DNA from: Candidatus Borrarchaeum weybense
GTDB taxonomy: Archaea > Asgardarchaeota > Sifarchaeia > Borrarchaeales > Borrarchaeaceae
Reading direction: 5' to 3'
Assembly: GCA_019057385.1 (NCBI GenBank)
Contig: JAHQJS010000005.1
Span: forward strand, 288,799-352,798
DNA length: 64,000 nt
Part shown: positions 62,338 to 64,000 of the stretch, one piece after another
Position numbering within the stretch: position 1 is the first letter of the stretch
Layout of the letters: each line of letters begins with the position of its first letter
Position numbers and translations under genes: made by a program
The notes under the pieces: generated by a model
Seen by the model: only the letters and a program-made list of their open reading frames with translations
Databases searched by the model: none
What the model was told of the DNA's origin: nothing

Positions 62338-62734
62338 GAGAGGCAGTGAGTCGAAGGGCGGCTGACGGGCGAATTCGTCTGAGGAAATTCCACTCACCAT
62401 GCAGGTACTCTGGCACCTAAGGTGCCTGTCGAGAGGCAGGGCTCTGGAGCAGAAACGACACGTCCACTTGCCAGATGACGAGGATGCGGCTGAAGAACAC
62501 ACGAGAGTTTGTGTTCTGAGAAGACTTCGGTAACGAAGGTCGAGTTAACCCGCTGAGAAGACAAGTGGGATCGATGAAACGGCCATCCCAGAGGGTGCAA
62601 GTCTAAATAGGCTACCCATGAATTGCCTGTAGGAGGTAGCGGGTAAGACGCATAGTTGAATGCCGCAAGAGACGTGTAGTAGTAACTACACCTTTCTAAC
62701 AGAAAGTGGATTACTCTCGACACACTGCCATCTC
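62338..62734 (+). ncRNA. rnpB: RNase P RNA
   Basis: P1 GGCAGTG/CACTGCC; CR-I GAGGAAATTCC, GCAGAAAC, GAAACGGC, GCAAG, GAATG, CR-V AACAGAAAGTGGATTA. Confidence 0.93.
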
Positions 62735-62872
62735 ATTTCTAACGTTGTAGGAAAAGAAATCATTCCATTCCTTGTTTATATTGCAAAGAAACAAGAAATA
62801 TTATTTCGCGCTTTTCAGAAGAGATTTGAAATACATTCGACAAAATTCTTGATTTGGAGGGGACTTAGCAAA

Positions 62873-63022
62873 TTGGACGTTTTCAAAAAAGTAAGAAGAG
62901 CAAAAGTTATGGAAATGTATAAAGAAGCACAAAATTTGGAAACGACTAGCGATAAGGTTGATAAACTTACGGAATTAGTAGATTATCTTATATCAGAACT
63001 ACAAAAGAACGGTTTAATCTAG
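62873..63022 (+). CDS. Small hypothetical protein (49 aa)
   Basis: GGAGG SD then TTG; 3' part of ORF 62660-63022. Confidence 0.5.
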   Translation: MDVFKKVRRAKVMEMYKEAQNLETTSDKVDKLTELVDYLISELQKNGLI

Positions 63023-63071
63023 TAGAAAGGACAAGATCTTATATATGTATAATCTTGTTCGTTTCTAGGAA

Positions 63072-63641
63072 TTATAATTCTTGAAGAACCTGTATTGATA
63101 GTTCGAGCATCTGGTCACTCGTTTCTGCTTTGATGTAAAGTTGAAGGAGTTCTTGGTTAACTGTAAGAAAATTGAGTCCCCAACTAAATTTAGAGAGAAT
63201 GTTTTTAGCTTGCTCCTCAAAGCCCAATATAAAAAGAGCAGCAGATAAGGCTTCAACTGTGCTTAACCTAATTGGTTTTCCGTAATTTGTCGGATTTGCA
63301 GCAACAAGAAAAGGTAAGGCCCTCTTTATACCACGTATTTTTTCAAAAGAGTCTGCTGTGAATTTAGCCCATGAGGCATCTATTGCTAAGATTCCATTAT
63401 GGGATGCAATTTCCAGATCCTGCTTTGAGAGGATAACCTCTGAAAAAGGGTCTAGTAGGATAGCTCGTTTAGGTATTTGAGAGAGTTTTCGAAGGTCAGT
63501 TGCAAGTCTATTTCGAGTTAATTTTTGCCCTGTACATTTCTTGGGGTCACATTGCTTAACGTGATAGACATAAAGAGGTATCAGCTTGGCGTTTCCTCCT
63601 TGATTATTCATATGGTTTTTGTAAAGCCCCATTATGTTCAC
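63072..63641 (-). CDS. tsr3: 16S rRNA aminocarboxypropyltransferase Tsr3 (DUF367)
   Basis: QCDPKKCTG, D.SW, R.LPFLVAANPTNYGKP..LSTVEA, F.WG..FL..N. Confidence 0.95.
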   Translation of the reverse strand: MNIMGLYKNHMNNQGGNAKLIPLYVYHVKQCDPKKCTGQKLTRNRLATDLRKLSQIPKRAILLDPFSEVILSKQDLEIASHNGILAIDASWAKFTADSFEKIRGIKRALPFLVAANPTNYGKPIRLSTVEALSAALFILGFEEQAKNILSKFSWGLNFLTVNQELLQLYIKAETSDQMLELSIQVLQEL

Positions 63642-63841
63642 ATATGTAAAGAAAAATGATTTCTATTACAAGGGCTAGAACATTAGCTGAAAGATAGAAA
63701 GACTTCGCGATATTTCGCAGTATCTTCTAATTAAATTAATCAAAGATAACTTTTTCTGAAGAGAAACAAACAAATACTAGAAACAACAAATAAATGAAAG
63801 ATTTAACATCAAAAGTCTTCCTTGTTTGGATGTGATATATA

Positions 63842-64000
63842 ATGCCTATGGCTTTTATTTTAATAAACTCTGAGATCGGCGCTGAAGAAGCCGTATTAAA
63901 TGCGTTACATGATTTAGAACCGGGCGTTGATGAAGCCTATATTGTCTATGGTGTGTACGATATCATCGCAAAAATACGAGAGGAAACGATGGAGAAGTTA
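63842..64000 (+). CDS. Lrp/AsnC ligand-binding domain protein (truncated at window end)
   Basis: Manual translation MPMAFILINSEIGAEEAV...EAYIVYGVYDIIAKI. Confidence 0.85.
   Translation, partial: MPMAFILINSEIGAEEAVLNALHDLEPGVDEAYIVYGVYDIIAKIREETMEKL

Noticed and set aside
62260-62872. ORFs 62260-62502, 62394-62723 and the 5' part of 62660-63022
   Set aside because: They overlap the RNase P RNA or its flank

Overview
Archaeal chromosomal window, most likely Asgard archaeal: it has longin, V4R and small-GTPase genes, a HEAT/appendage-like protein, RPA2, and large 23S rRNA expansions. It carries housekeeping genes (ppsA partial, eno, polB, ABCE1, cdrS-ftsZ, pfkA, mtnP, aIF2beta, NMD3, aIF1A, RIO1, Tsr3), five tRNA genes, RNase P RNA and one 16S-23S rRNA operon with no 5S and no ITS tRNA. 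The main result is an extreme load of bulge-helix-bulge (BHB) introns in the stable RNA genes. By manual folding I resolve 7 introns in 16S, 12 in 23S and 7 in four tRNAs. Most are about 30-33-nt ORF-less mini-introns. Notable cases: (i) an 879-nt 16S intron encodes a T7-endonuclease-I-like PD-(D/E)xK protein whose own stop codon appears only after intron circularisation; (ii) a 1003-nt LAGLIDADG intron and a 31-nt mini-intron sit at the same 23S site with no exon between them; (iii) 23S has 11- and 18-nt micro-exons; (iv) tRNA-His has an intron at 9/10 whose BHB uses the acceptor strand, with a decoy acceptor copy in the leader; (v) a HEPN plus free-standing LAGLIDADG cassette lies between two copies of the 23S 3' processing-stem sequence. 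The window also has an IS607-derived TnpB with degenerate RuvC and an ORF-less IS200/IS605 miniature element. Intron boundaries and E. coli-equivalent positions come from manual motif reading and need computational or RNA confirmation.
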